DNA of 64,000 bases from Podarcis liolepis. Its lineage: Eukaryota. Position 1 is the stretch's first letter, and every line of letters begins with the position of its first letter. The notes below the pieces were generated by a model. That model searched no databases. It was not told where the DNA came from and saw only the letters and a list, made by a program, of their open reading frames with translations. Positions 37,350-50,770 of this stretch are shown here, one piece after another. The stretch lies in the NCBI GenBank assembly GCA_965112155.1, contig OZ218105.1, one strand, 5' to 3'. A program made the translations under genes and the position numbers.

Positions 37350-39730
37350 ATTCATTCCTTTTTTCTATTGACTATAAAAAGCTGCATTTTTATTGTTTAT
37401 GTTGTTATCAGCAACAATAACAGCACAGATATAACAAAAGCATGCTTTCACTTTCATACTTACAAAATGATAATATCAACAGGTCTAAGCATTCACAGTG
37501 CACTCCTATTCCTGTCTTTCCCAAAGTGTCATAGGAAGAGGAATGCCGCCGTAGTCACCTTGAGATCACAGAATACAATATCACCAAAACAGACTTTGGA
37601 AGCAACAGTAAAGAAGAAACACGAGGGTAAAATTTATGATAGCCAATGTTTCCAACAAAAGAGAATGTCCAAATATTATTGTGGAGATGCTATTGCTCAT
37701 GTCCTACTTAACGTACTGTACAAGGCACATAAATCTACCCAGAAATGCAATAATCTTGTACATTGTCCTGCAGTTACAATGTTGACAATCTCAAGTGGCT
37801 GTTAATGCCTGTGTTTACTAGACAACCAAGAACTCAGTTCTACAATAAAATCCTAAGAATTGTAAAACCGTTAAACCACTGCTGTAATATACAACAGAGG
37901 CGCTATGAAAAAAGGGAATGATACCGTGAAACAAGTGATGATATATGATTTTGCTCTTTTTTTTTTTTTTTTTTGCCGAGAGGAAGAATATTCAGAATAC
38001 TCGGTTTACAGTCATCATCTCCAAAGTGGAGAGCGCAACAGGCTTTTGTTCTTTTCATGCAATTGTTCCTATGTACCGATTTACAAGCTGTGGAAGGATA
38101 TTGGGGAACCAGCAGCCCACTTACACTAGGCACTCCTTGCAAGGCTTTTTTAGTTTCAGAACACATGGCTGATCCAATATGAGGAACATTCCCTCCTCCC
38201 CCTTAGATATGTAAAAGCCTTTTATTTTTATATTTTTATTTTTATTTTAAAGGTGGGGGTGCCCTGGGATTATTTTCCTTATGGCTAGCCAGCCAAAAGG
38301 AATTGGAGGGATTCATTGCTTCATTGCATCCCTATCAAAATGAGCTTGAATTGTTTCCATGGGTCAGTGGTTCCATCTTGAATAGCTACGGCTGAATAAA
38401 ATAGAATAAAATGAGTCCCCACTTGTGTGAATGTTGAACTCTCTTCAAAGTGATACCATTCTCCCCATCATCACAAGGCCGCAAAGCCACACTTTATGTT
38501 GTTTGTAATAGGCCTTGCTTCAATCCATGTATTCTAATTATCCAGAAATTAGAGTTGGCATACATGGGTTAACTGCAAAGTACAAGGCACAGCCACTTTT
38601 TTTACACAGCCTGAAATATGGTGCTATAGCCATAGGGTTATTGCTGGAATCATCCAGTCATGACAATGCTGTTTTATGCAACTGCAACATCAGCAAAAGT
38701 GAAGGGGCGGGTCTGTTCATGGGTATGTACTTGCTAAGTAGAAAATCTGAGATCAGAACCTGTACAGCAGGGCATCTGTTCAAATAACCTGTCCAACTGA
38801 ACTACTTTTTTCTCCTGCAAAAGGCACTCCTGTACTCCTTATAAACACCTGCCTTGCAGGTCTCTTTTCAGTTCATTTTGTTCTGAAACAGTAATTATCA
38901 CTTCACAGTGAGAGGAGCTTGGGTGTTATGGTTGGTGAGAAATGGAGCATTCATTCTCAATAATAATTCTCACCTATTGAAACTATACTGAGCAGTCTCT
39001 GCAATTATAAAATAGAACGCCACAAATGCCTCACTGGAAGTTTTCATGCTCTCTGAATAATGTTGAGCTGGGTGTTTTTCTTTGGTGTATTCTTTTTCTT
39101 ATAAAAATCAGAAGGAAGGACTATGGAGAGCCATGGCCTATGATGTGATCAGTCCAAACTCCCACCAAAGTCTGCCTTGTGCTGATGGAACATTTTAGCT
39201 GGATACCACCCATAGCTACCCATAATTAAAATAATCTCATGAAAACATTCATAATTAAAATGTATAATAAATAAGCCCATTAAAACAGCACAAGTTAAGG
39301 CAGTTAAAACAATTAAAACAGGAGGTTTAAGTCAAGAGATCAGGCAAACACTTGTCTCAACAGCTGAGTCTTCAAGAGCCAGCTAAATAGGTCAGGCACT
39401 TCTGATACCTGGAAAATAAGAGAACAAGAAATATTATAAAAACCAGAAGCAACAGGACTTCTGTAACTGGGCCAGTTCTACTATTAGGCAGGGTAAGTAG
39501 TGTGCCTCAAACAGCAGATTTTGGAGCACACTTAAAAAGCAGTTGTTAGTCAATTAGTTAATGTACTGTTATAGATCTATCACTGTGGGAGGGCATCATT
39601 TGGATTTCCTGCCTCAAGTATTAAAATATCATGAACTGCATGTTTGGAGTAGTTCTAATAACAGGATGGGGCTGAAACAGCTGGAACATATCACTGAATT
39701 GCTTGGAGATGAGTAGACCGGTGCTAGATA

Positions 39731-40135
39731 AGGTATAGAGGAGAAATTTGATATACTTCTCATTTAAAGGCAAAAGGACCAAACCTGCACATTCTAAAAT
39801 GATTTGAAAACTGATACACATGTTTTCTTTGAAATTTGCACTTTTCTGAATTTTCCAAATTTCCTATTTTAGGGTTACATGTGCAAATAAATGAACATTT
39901 TAGTGCAAATAACATACAAAACGCATTATAATCAGGGAAAATTGTATATATGTCAACATTGCAAATGAAAATGTGGTCATTAGAAGAAATTTGCACCAAA
40001 ACGCTGAAAATTTTTCATAAGGATTTTTTTTTTTTAAAAAAAAGACAATTGGTGCAGAAATGTGGAGAGCTGAATTTAAGAATGGGAGGGGGGAATAACT
40101 GAAAAAATGAAAATTAACAAATTTGTTCATCCCTA
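39731..40135 (+). mobile_element. Old non-autonomous DNA transposon, second copy
   Basis: Colinear with 16622-17055. Ends 'aaatttgttcatcccta'. Confidence 0.6.
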
Positions 40136-40736
40136 GGCTTCAATTTAATATAATAGTTCTTCTTCCTTGTTTTATGTTTTTACACCTTCACTTTTGGAAA
40201 TGCTAGATTATGTCATTAAATAATCTTGCCTCCTGAATTGTTGCATGGAGAACAAGTTTCAAATGGAAATATGCCACTTGTGTGCATGTGTAAGTTTGTT
40301 TTTTAAGTTCAAACATAAATCAATAAGCACTTTTTGCTTAATACCTCTCAGCACTCCACTCCTATCCTTCCATAGTTTGGTCTTCCCCAGAGCACTCACT
40401 TTCCAATGAGCACATTTATGAGAGGAGAACATTGTCTCCATGTAAATAATGCATCTAAATTGTTATGATCCCCATTATGCTGCATCTTAAATATTCACTG
40501 AAATATGACTCTGCCATATTACTAAGTTTCTAATTTAGCTTCAGTAAGGGGTGACAGTCTAGCTAAAAAAGTAGTGCTGAGATCAGATTTTGGAAACAAT
40601 CACATTTTGTCAAAATGTCCAGTGGTGATGATGGAATGCAAATACTTCAGGCTAGAATACCAACATTTCCTCATATGAATGTGTTTAGCCCACTGAATGT
40701 CCCATATTGAATTCTCAGCTGATATTTAACATAAAA

Positions 40737-41192
40737 ATGCATGGTGTGGACAAAGGGGACAGAGAAATGTTTTTCTTTCTCTCTCATAATACTAGAACTC
40801 AAGGATCCAGGATTGGGGGGGGGGGGGGATATTTCACATAGCACACCATTAAACTATGGAATCTGCTTCCACAAGAGGCAGTGAAGGCCCCCAAATTGGA
40901 TGATCATGCTCATGATGATAATTATGATAATAACCACCTTGCCAATCTAACTTGGTTGCCCCAACCACTCTGGGGGGCTTCCAACAATTATAAAAGCATA
41001 GTAAAACATTAAACATTATAAAAAAAGAGAGAGACTGAGGCAATTCATGGATGATAAGGCTATTAATGACTAGTAGCCACAATGGTTATGTTTTACTTCT
41101 CCTGCTAGAGGCAATATGTCTCTGAATACCAGTTGATGGGAATCTCAGTTGGGGAGAGTGCTGTTGGCCTGGCTCAGGAAGGCAATTCTTAT
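40737..41192 (+). mobile_element. CR1 3' relic with a nested reverse L2-type tail (~40915-41025)
   Basis: 'tctctcataatactagaactcaagg...atggaatctgcttccacaagaggcagtg...ttcatggatgataaggctattaatg'. The insert 'ggttgccccaaccactctggggggcttccaaca' is the reverse of the tail at 11026. Confidence 0.8.
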
Positions 41193-41208
41193 ATAGCGGT
41201 GTGTTATA

Positions 41209-41627
41209 CCGTATTAGCCCGAATATAAGTCACACCCGCAAATAAGCCACACCTTTAATATTCGGAGGGCGGGGAGAGAGAGAAAGACAATACCCAAATA
41301 TAAGCTGCTCCCTTAAAATTGGGTTCCAGTCTGAAAATCGCTGCGGTTGGTAGAATTGTAACTCTGAGCCTATTTAAGACTTTGATCTTTCAAGCCCACA
41401 AAAGTTACTGTACAATCGCTCAAATCGTTATTCAGTTGCTACAATTTCGCAGGCACTCTCACCCGTAAATGGCAAATGAACAGTCTCAAGTTTTTGCGCT
41501 GTTTTACCGCATGTCTGTTTCAGCAGCAATATTGTCAAAGCTCATTTTGGTAAGGTTGCGAATTTAAGCCGCATATTCACTTTTCACAGTCGGGGGGGGG
41601 GTGAGGCTTATATTCAGGCCAGAACGG
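41209..41627. mobile_element. Tc2/pogo-like MITE
   Basis: TIR 'ccgtattagcccgaatataag' / 'cttatattcaggccagaacgg'. TA TSD. Confidence 0.85.
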
Positions 41628-42216
41628 TATTTGAAGATGTGTTTCAAGAAGGGGGCAAACATATTTCAACTTCTGTAAGAAACAAGGTAATGGATTCTAA
41701 TATGTGTCTATATTAAGGAAACAGAGTCGATCACTTCACCTGTTACAGAAAGAATCCTCTGCAGATACTTGGTTTTTATCGGTTAATTTTAATATTGTTG
41801 GAAGCAAAACTCGTTACACCCCAAATAATATGTGCTTATTCCACAGGCAGTTTCTCTTTAATTATTTATACTTCCTATATCTTTTGCTCTGTCTTTTCCT
41901 TTTGCGTGGGAAGCTGAGCTCTTGCTGGATTTCCTTATGCTAAAAATAACCTGCTGAATTTCGGTGTTCAATCTCATGCATCAGTTGAAAAGTCAGCCAC
42001 AGAGTTAGTAATTGGGTGCTGGGAAATAAATACATTATCTGCAGTTTCAGTCCAAGCTAACAGGTCTGAATCCAAAATCATACAAGAAAGGGGGAGTCTG
42101 TTTGGAATTGAGCAATTTTTGCTCAGGCTCAGTTTTACTATTAGAATATTCAGAATATTTTGAGTATGCAGGACCTATTATATCAATCTTCTTTGGGATA
42201 GGTCACTGTATAAAAT

Positions 42217-42519
42217 GAAGAAGAAGAAGAAGAAGAAGAAGAAGAAGAGGAGGAGGAGGAGGAGGAGGAGGAGGAGGAGGAGTTTGGATTTGATATCCCA
42301 CCTTTCACTCCCTTTAAGGAGTCTCAAAGCGGCTAACATTCTCCTTTCCCTTCCTCCCCCACAACAAACACTCTGTGAGGTGAGTGGGGCTGAGAGACTT
42401 CAAAGACGTGTGACTGGCCCAAGGTCACCCAGCAGCTGCATGTGGAGGAGCGGAGACGTGAACCCGGTTCCCCAGATTACGAGACTACCGCTCTTAACCA
42501 CTACACAACACTGGCTCTC
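42217..42519 (-). mobile_element. Squam3-type SINE with expanded (AAG)n(AGG)n tail
   Basis: Full head ending 'ctggctctc' on the plus strand. Tail 42217-42281. Confidence 0.92.
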
Positions 42520-42993
42520 TGAACTATGTGCCCATTGCTGAAACTCTTGAGTTTGTGGATTAGAAATTCGAGTTGTCCAATTTTGGACAGGGTGTAAGCT
42601 GTGAGTCACAGATCCTTTGGCAACTTTGGGCACTTAAAGTTCAAGGTGTTTGACGGCAGAGAAGAAGGAAGTTTACACAGCCCCAAAGGGGAGAAAATTC
42701 CTTTTTACAAAAACAATGCAGAAGACTTTATATCATTAGTTCAGCGTCAGAGATTGTAATGGTTCTGAATACTAGTTGCAGGGAACTGCTTGTTGCCCAT
42801 ACACTTTACACACCCATGTCTTACCCCAAAGAATTCTGGGAGCTGTGTTCTGTTAAGTGTGCTGAGAAGTATTAGGAGACCCCCAGTCCCCCCAGAGAGC
42901 TACAATTCCCAGAGTTCCATGTGGGGTTTAAACCACTCCTGGAATTATAGCTCAGGTTATAATCTATGTTACATCCCCCCCCCCATTAATAAT

Positions 42994-43243
42994 AAGAAGA
43001 GGAAGAGTTTGGATTTGATATCCCGCCTTTCACTCCCCTTAAGGAGTCTCAAAGTGGCTAACCTTCTCCTTTCCTCTCTCCCCCACAACAAACACTCTGT
43101 GAGGTGAGTGGGGCTGAGAGACTTCAAAGAAGTGTGACTGGCCCAAAGTCACCCAGCAGCTGCATGTGTAGGAGCGGAGACGCGAACCCGGTTCACCTGA
43201 TTACGAGTCCACCGCTCTTAACCACTATACCACGCTGGCTCTC
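42994..43243 (-). mobile_element. Squam3-type SINE
   Basis: Third near-identical copy with a short tail. Confidence 0.92.
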
Positions 43244-44338
43244 AGGATAATAACAAGGGGAAGCAAATTTTCAGAACTGCATGAAATAGTCCATATTTTG
43301 CTCTGATTCCTCATGGCACCAGATTCAAATATTTCTTTTCTGCTAAATTCTAAAACTGCATGATGTTAGTCTAAAGTGATTCCTTTTATCATGTTTCGCA
43401 GTCATTGCAATGACTTTGGCACAGGAAAACACATATAACTGCCCATCCACACTTTTGTTTGTCCCATGATTTCAAGTCACAGATTTGAGAAGTGTGGGTT
43501 TTTTGGTTTGTTTTTTGTCCCGCTACTTTCCCCAGTAAAACCCACTATTTACTGCTGAATTGGAATAAATCCACAGAAAACTTGATTGACATTTGTTCCA
43601 ATTCAGCGGTAAGCAGCCGATTTTTCCCAGGGAATGCAGCGGAACAAAAAAAAAAGAAAAGAAAAATAAAGATAACCTCTTGGACCCATTACTTTAAATC
43701 ATGGGACAATCAAAAGTGTGGGTGGGTTATTAGTGTAAATGAGTCAAATGTTTTGAAACCCCTTTGCCCACAGCAGCCCTCTAGGGTGGGTATTTACAGA
43801 CGTGTACCTGCCATTTACACTTTGCATGTTTGCTGCAAGAAACACAGACATGGACACAGTCGACACGGTTGCTATTTAGATGTGGAACCAGTCTCAGAAT
43901 AACAGCAAAGAGGAAGTAGACGGGGGAGGGGGAGAGCAGGAATATTATAAAAAGAAGATGACAGCCACAAAGTAGCTATGGAACCAGTGAGAACTCAAGC
44001 TCAAGGCTTAGCAAACGAACAGCTTTTTTTTTGGTGGAAATTTGTATTGTCAGCCACATGATTTTTTAATAGGTGAGTCACAAAATGTATCCTATGCATA
44101 ATTTACCAGCCAAATAACCTTTCATTGGGTGCACACAGCTCTCAAGAGATTTCCTGTTCCTTGGGCCTTCAGTGGTACAGATGCAATGGATTTTAGTCAA
44201 AAGAAAAAATGTTCAACAAGGTGAAATTTGCATGTGGGTGCAGTGCAAGACAGAATTAGATTCAGTCAAATGACTTCTTTTATTTTTGTGGCACAGTTAA
44301 ATGAATGGCCATGAAAATAATTTTTTAAACTGTGTTTT

Positions 44339-44883
44339 ACAGTGCAATCCTAACCATGTCTACTCAGAGGTAAGTCTTTTTTGTTTTCAATTGGACCTAC
44401 CCGCAAGTAAGGCTCATGGCATCATTCTTCCAAATTAAATAACCTTAAAACTAACTACATCATCTGGCTGCAAGCGGTTTCTGTGATCCATTCCCAGTGT
44501 TGGTTTCCTTTCCGTATGAACATTTGTTCATTTATTTCATTTGTTAAGAATTCCTATAATCCATCCTTCATCTATATAAGTGCCAGGGCATAGTACCATA
44601 CAATGCTTGATCAACCTGGCCTTCATAGAAACACTCCTGAACTTTATATACCATTAGCTTTGATTTCCTTTTGTGCAGATCAGATTAAATAGTTGCAAGG
44701 TGAAGTAGTCATCTGAAATCTCCATATCCTGACCAAGCTTCAGTATGTGGTGCCAACATAAGCAATATTCTTGAAATGTCTGAGATTTGCAGTCAGCTGG
44801 ATCTAGAGTACTCACAGTGAAATCCTATATATGTCTACTTAGAATTAAGACCTGTAGCAGAAATGGACATAGGATTGTACCCT
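44339..44883. mobile_element. Two short palindromic MITE relics (~44339-44412 and ~44815-44883)
   Basis: 'cagtgcaatccta..catgtctactcagaggtaag...ataggattg' motif. Similar relics at ~14725, ~27845, ~35920 and ~53570. Confidence 0.55.
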
Positions 44884-46071
44884 AAAGAGCACTCTTTTTT
44901 ATCTTTATTTTAAGGCCCCCTTACCTGAAAATCAGCATAACAATATTTTAAACAATACTTGAAGGTTGCAAAACTTTTGAACATGTGCATTACATTATTT
45001 CATCAATGATTACCCAGCTACACAGATGCTAGCATCTCTCAATTATTCTCATTTTCTCTCATGAAGTAAGAATTCCACAGCACATTGGTTCAAGACATCT
45101 AAATTCTGCAATGACTCAGGTGGATACAGAATCAGATCCACAAACCAGCATAAGCAAGAAGGATCTTGGGGTATCAAAATATGGTAGTTAGTAGGAATCT
45201 ACCAACCAATCCATCTTCTGAGTATATAGCAAAAGCACAGTCATTACATATGCAGGCACAGGTGAATTTTCGTTTGAAGGAAGATTAGTTTAAATTTATT
45301 CGGCAGTAATGTCATTTATTGAGATTCCCACCTGCACAATGTCAGGAAGACAGAACAGGACTTTTAACTTTGACACCTTTTCACATGTGGTACCAATGGT
45401 ACGAGTGTGCTCTTGCTACCACTCTGATCAAAACTTTAGACTTGCTGTGGATCTGGATGTTTGTAGCAAGACAAAAGGACAAGTTGTTCTTTTGGGAACA
45501 AACCAGTCTAAAAAGAAGCAACTCATTTGTTACATCTGGCATCCCTGGAGCTTACAATTACATTGGACAAATGATGACAAATTGAAGGACCGAGAGCAAA
45601 TTCTTAGCTCGTGCTGCTTACTATCTGGGTTTGGCATTTCATGCTGTTGAAAGCATAGGGCTGTAATATTTCTGGTGCAACTTCTACTGTAATTCCTAAT
45701 AACCTAAGCCACAGATACAGAGACCATGGGCTCATAAAACAAAGCCATGTGTCAAATAATGAGACACAGACCAAAATAAGTGTGAATTCAGAAATGGATT
45801 GAAAGTGTGGGATAGAGTATTTGTTGATTTTTTTTTTAATAGATAAATGTCTTACACAAAAATTCTCAAGTATCTTTTGAAATCCATGTTTAACAAGTCC
45901 TCGGGATCTCAAACTGGCAAAAATAACAGATTCTGGCTCCAGTATCAAGCAGTGCTCCCCACTTCATTTTTCGTAGGACAATTTTCCCATCAAAATGGGG
46001 AAGGAATTTCCTTTCCATCCTCCTTGGGCACAAAAATGTGAAATAATGGTTTTCATTGGGGGAGGCAGCTG

Positions 46072-46210
46072 CAGTGTTTCTCAAACTTGGGTCCTCAGCA
46101 GTTGTTGGACTACAACTCCCATCATCCATAGCTAGCAGGACCAGTGGTCAGGGAAGCTGGTGGGAGTTGTAGTCCAACAATATCTGGGGACCCAAGTTTG
46201 AGACACTCTG
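46072..46210. mobile_element. Palindromic hAT (Charlie-like) MITE
   Basis: Long hairpin 'tctcaaacttgggtcc...ttgttggactacaactccca' / 'tgggagttgtagtccaacaa...ggacccaagtttgaga'. Confidence 0.9.
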
Positions 46211-46214
46211 GGCT

Positions 46215-47183
46215 AGGGGCTGACCTTACCACCAGCCTGATGAAGACCAACATCCTTGGTCAGGACATCAACATCACTCCATGCATCAGCATTGGTGACT
46301 GCAAGCTTGAGGTGGTAGGCGATTTTGTCTACTTGGGTTGCACCATAACCAGCAACCTCTTCATCGACCACTGCTATTTTTCTAGAAAAAGCGGTGCCGG
46401 AACTCACCATGAACACCTCCCTTGTTCTCTTAGAATGGCAATGGTGCCCACCTAAGAGATGCTGGAATTAAGTTCTGGTGGGTTCCAGCTGATAAAAAGC
46501 CCTGTCATCAGTGCTGAGCTGGACAAGCATATTAGCAAGGCAGCTAAGGCAATAGCTTGCCTCTCCAAAAGTGTATGGGAGAAATTAATGGCATTGTCCA
46601 ATATCAAGATGAAGGTCTACAAGCCTTGTGTGCTGAGCATGCTGCTTTATGGAAGTGAGTCATGGGCAACTTACAACTACCAAGAGTGATGCTTCGGTGC
46701 ATCTGGCAGGACAGAGCCTCAATCAGAGATCTGTTCTCCCAAGCCCACATTCCCAGTATGTTTGCGCTCCTTTCTCAGTGATGTCTGTGCTGGCTTTGTC
46801 AGGTCCACACAATGGAAAATGGTAGGAGAGAGCTATGGGGAGCTTGTTTCAGGTACCAGGCTCAATGGCAGACCAGCTCTGCGTTACAAAGATGTCTAAA
46901 AATGTGACATGAAGGCTGGCAACATCAATCCCACCAAGTGGGAATCCCTTGCAGATGACTGCAGTGCCTGGAGACAGACAGTCAAGCGTACACCCATAGC
47001 AGCGACCCAAGGAGAAATTACCACTGGGAGGAGCACAGAGAGAAGAAATGCCACGGTGCATCTGCAGCAGCATAACACCTTCATCTGACCCAGCTGCAAC
47101 AAAACATGTCTCTCCCGTATCAGTCTCTACAGTATTTTCACCTCACTTACCAAGGCACAAGATGGACAGATGACCACAACAAT
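46215..47183 (+). mobile_element. RTE LINE ORF2 3' part, pseudogenised
   Basis: Peptides 'LTTSLMKTNILGQD...ISIGDCKLEVVGDFVYLGCTITSNL' and 'KMKVYKPCVLSMLLYGSESWATY'. Ends with a (CAA)n-like tail. Confidence 0.92.
46369..46504. mobile_element. hAT MITE nested in the RTE relic
   Basis: 'cactgctattttt' / 'aaaaagccctg' ends. Decayed TSD TCATCGAC / TCATCAGT. RTE homology resumes after it. Confidence 0.85.
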
Positions 47184-47201
47184 AGTCCAATAAGCCTACT
47201 A

Positions 47202-47427
47202 CAGTGGTACCTCTGGTTACGTACTTAATTCGTTCCGGAGGTCCGTTCTTAACCTGAAACTGTTCTTAAGCTGAAGCACCACTTTAGCTAATGGGGCCTC
47301 CCGCTGCTGCCGTGCCGCTGCTGCACAATTTCTGTTCTTATCCTGAAGCAAAGTTCTTAACCTGAGGTACTATTTCTGGGTTAGCGGAGTCTGTAACCTG
47401 AAGCGTATGTAACCTGAGGTACCACTG
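47202..47427 (+). mobile_element. Tigger/pogo-like MITE
   Basis: Perfect TIR CAGTGGTACCTC. TA TSD. Confidence 0.95.
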
Positions 47428-48003
47428 TACTATTTAAAGACAAGTATTTCCCCTTTTAAAAAGATTCAAACAGAGCACGTGTAGCTCTATTGAGCTATGT
47501 GATTATTAGCTTCCCCCCTATTCTGCTTGTAGTTTATTAATACTAAAATAGGTCCTTACATTGTAGGGCAGAGTTAAACAGCTCACTTGTCTGAATGATG
47601 CATTTCCTTGCTTACTTCTGGCCATCGCTCTAAGGTAGATAAGAGATCATTATTTGGACACAGAGTACATCTTGCCTACGGTTAAGCTGCTTTCCTATTT
47701 GTGTAAGTTCATTTTACCTAGAGAGCTGCAGTACTTTCTCATGTTTCTTCCAGCTAATAGGTCATAAATTATGATCCTCTGTTGGAGACATCACAATCTT
47801 TCCCACATATATTGTGAAACACAATGTTTTTAGACAAGAACAGCTAAGAGATATCAGGAGCGGCACCAAAAACTGACCTGGCTAAGGATTATGATCTTGC
47901 TGAGGCATCTAAGCCATATAGACATGGCAGCTGTTTCAGACATAGTTATCTTCCCATCTAGCTATATTCATTTAAAACCTTGAAGCATTCCAATGTTGGT
48001 ACT

Positions 48004-48517
48004 TGTCAGGGACTGGCAGGACACTGACAAGTGTGCACCAAAGAAATGTGGGCTAGAGTCTGACTTGGGAGAGGGGACCAGTGAATTTTGGGGACCTGTA
48101 CCAGCCAGGAGGCAAGAGTAGGAGGGAGGGGAAGCTTCAGAGCTGGAGGGTGGATCACAGGATGGGTCAGAAGAAGAGGAGTAAGAGGCAGGACATGCAT
48201 GTGAAGAGACAGGTATTTTCCCACCCTCTCCTGCACCACTGTCACCCAGAACCAGGAGGGGGTTGAAGAGGGAAGAGCTTCCACACAGGCACAGCCTCTG
48301 GATGTGTGCATGCAGCCAGTTGGGGGAAGGTACATAGGCTGGTGTGGGGGCAGTGGCCTCTTGATGCTGCAATTGCTCCATACAGTGCAGACCTGGGAAT
48401 AGCTGCCTAAATGCTAGACTGGTGTGCTGCAGAAGCAACTGTTAAGTGTCTGCTTTTGAAAATAAAGAGCTAACCATCTTCCATGTGCATTCCTTTAGCT
48501 GGGGAGAGCCCGTGACA
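48004..48517 (+). mobile_element. Solo LTR (Gypsy-like)
   Basis: TGTCAGGG...CCCGTGACA ends, AATAAA at ~48461, 5-bp near-TSD GTACT / GTCCT. Confidence 0.85.
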
Positions 48518-48656
48518 GTCCTCTTGATAACATGGGGAGTGATTTGAGTGAAATGGATGCCCCACTAAGGAAGGACAGGTCCCACAGGACAGAAAAAGAG
48601 AGGTGTGACTTAGCTGCTCAGTTGTTCTTTTTGGGTAGTCCTTGCTAGTTTGAGTA

Positions 48657-48898
48657 TAGTGGTACCTTGGTTCTCAAACTTAATCCACTCTGAGAGTCGG
48701 TTCAACTTCTGAAACCGTTCGAAAACCAAGGTGTGGCTTCTGATTGGCTGCAGGAGTTTCCTGCAGTCAATTGGAAGCCATGTCAGACGTTCAGATTCTG
48801 AAAAACGTTTGCAAACCAAAACACTCACTTCCAGGTTTGCGGCATCCAGGAGTCGATTTGTTAGGGAGCCAAGCCATTTGAGTACCAATGTACCACTG
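48657..48898. mobile_element. Tigger/pogo-like MITE with a different internal sequence
   Basis: 'tagtggtaccttggt' / 'accaatgtaccactg' TIR. TA TSD. Confidence 0.88.
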
Positions 48899-49156
48899 TA
48901 CTGTATTTTTGCCATGTCATCTTGGTTGTGTATGTTTAATTTGCTGTAGCTGAGAGTGGTGATGCTTTTGTTTTATTGTTTGCTGCTGCTCTGTTAGTAC
49001 GTTGTAATACTATGGATTCTAGGAGTTGCCAGCATGGTGTTCATGGATGCAAATATCACTGCAGAAATCTATCACTATGCCTGATGGATGATCTCTAAAT
49101 GTAGGCTTGAAAGAAACATTCTGTTGTACCCAAAATTATATGTTTGTGCTTGGTTG

Positions 49157-49158
<2 letters not shown>

Positions 49159-49194
<36 letters not shown>
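49159..49194. repeat. (TG)n microsatellite
   Basis: Dinucleotide run. Confidence 0.97.
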
Positions 49195-49197
<3 letters not shown>

Positions 49198-50084
49198 TAT
49201 GTATGTGTGCATGTTCTTAATTTGTTTTTAGTTATGTTTTGTAGTGTTATAGGATGGCAAAGTTATTTTTGTGGTAGCTTTTGTCGTTCACATAGGTTGC
49301 AAACCATGCTGAGTGCAGTCATGTAAAAAGGTGGCATCCAAATTACAAATTAAATTTCATTCATTTTCATATGAATCATAATGAAGTCTCAGATGCACAT
49401 TTCATTCAGTTCATTCCTATGTTTAAAATACCCCTTCATCTGACTGTGCTATCTCAGCACAGGTTTCAACATTTCAACACTGAGTGCAGAACACCGAAGT
49501 AAATTTGGATGCAGAACAGATTGAGATGCTTATTGCTAATGTGAATTAAAATATTCATGTTTGGCATTCCTGTTTTGACGATGCCAGCCTTATTTACCAC
49601 AATGCTCACCTGTCATACAACAGCATATTTTAAGGATTTTTGCTTATCAGCTGTTTGGTTTGTTCATTTACATACCCCCCCATGTGGTTCAAAGAAGGTA
49701 GAGCCAAATAGCTTTATCTCATTTTATCTTGCCAATTGTGTTGTGAAACTTGACAGGCCAAGAACCAAACTGCATTAGATGCCAAAGTTGAAAGTAGCAG
49801 CTGAAGCTATACACTTCTTGTTTGAACCAAAAATAGTGCAATTAGTGGATGGGGCTGAATCATCATCTAGACCGCAGTTTGTAAAGCACTCCCCCCCTTC
49901 TTTCAAGCCCAGGGAAGTAGCATGTGTTTTGAATCAGTTTGTAAGTTCAGTAGTAGACTGGATGAAGGCTTGGTTTCCCTCTGCCATGCTTGGGTAGGCT
50001 CAGCCAGTAATAGCTCTGCTCCAATATGGAGTTTGCAACTAGTGCTGTCTACCCACTTTTAGCATTGTTCCCTGTTTTGCCAAA

Positions 50085-50770
50085 TGCAAGAGTTCTTTTG
50101 GATTCAGAGGCAATCACAACACACAAATGGATGGAAGTCCACCCCATATGAGAAACTTGTATATCAGGAGCCTAATATCTAAATTCTTCCAACGCTGTTC
50201 TCCGAATCCAGACTTGCAGAGCAGATTCCGGTATACAGGGGCCAGCGTAGTTCACCAATTCTACAGCTGCACAACTCAGCCTACAGACTGCCCACCAAGG
50301 GATTGTAGCACATCGTGGTGCTACTTATTCCTGGAGCGCTAACACTAAAACAATAAAGTTAACAAAACAACCCTTGCCGGTCCCAAAGGTGCCAATAAGC
50401 AGGGAGGCAGAATTGTACAGACCAATCAACCTATCTCCTCAAAATACAAACGTCCTCCACAGTAGGTTTTCCCTACATTCCCTAATTTATTTACCCCCAT
50501 ATTTGCACTACACTGGCCTTGTTGTTGCCATGCTCCTCCACCTTAAGGTAAACAGCGACAGCATAGTTAACTGGAGGTCAGGTGAGCACACCTATCCCAC
50601 TGACCACTATGGGACTTCAGGGTGGGAAAAGGTAGATGTGGTTTGCCCAGTACAGTCTGGTAGACCAACCTCTGAGGCCTGGCAGCTTGTGGGTTGGGGG
50701 GTTCCTCACCACCACTACTACATCCCATGGACCTGGTACACATAGCATCCTCGCCAGCTGCTTTTACAAG
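50085..50770. mobile_element. Possible degraded LTR-like element
   Basis: GC-elevated block with LTR-like composition. Termini and TSD not resolved. Confidence 0.3.

Noticed and set aside
42215-42541. ORF beginning with poly-K/poly-R (protamine- or NLS-like)
   Set aside because: It is a translation of the (AAG)n(AGG)n SINE tail and the antisense SINE body. The same peptide recurs at 29292 and 42790.
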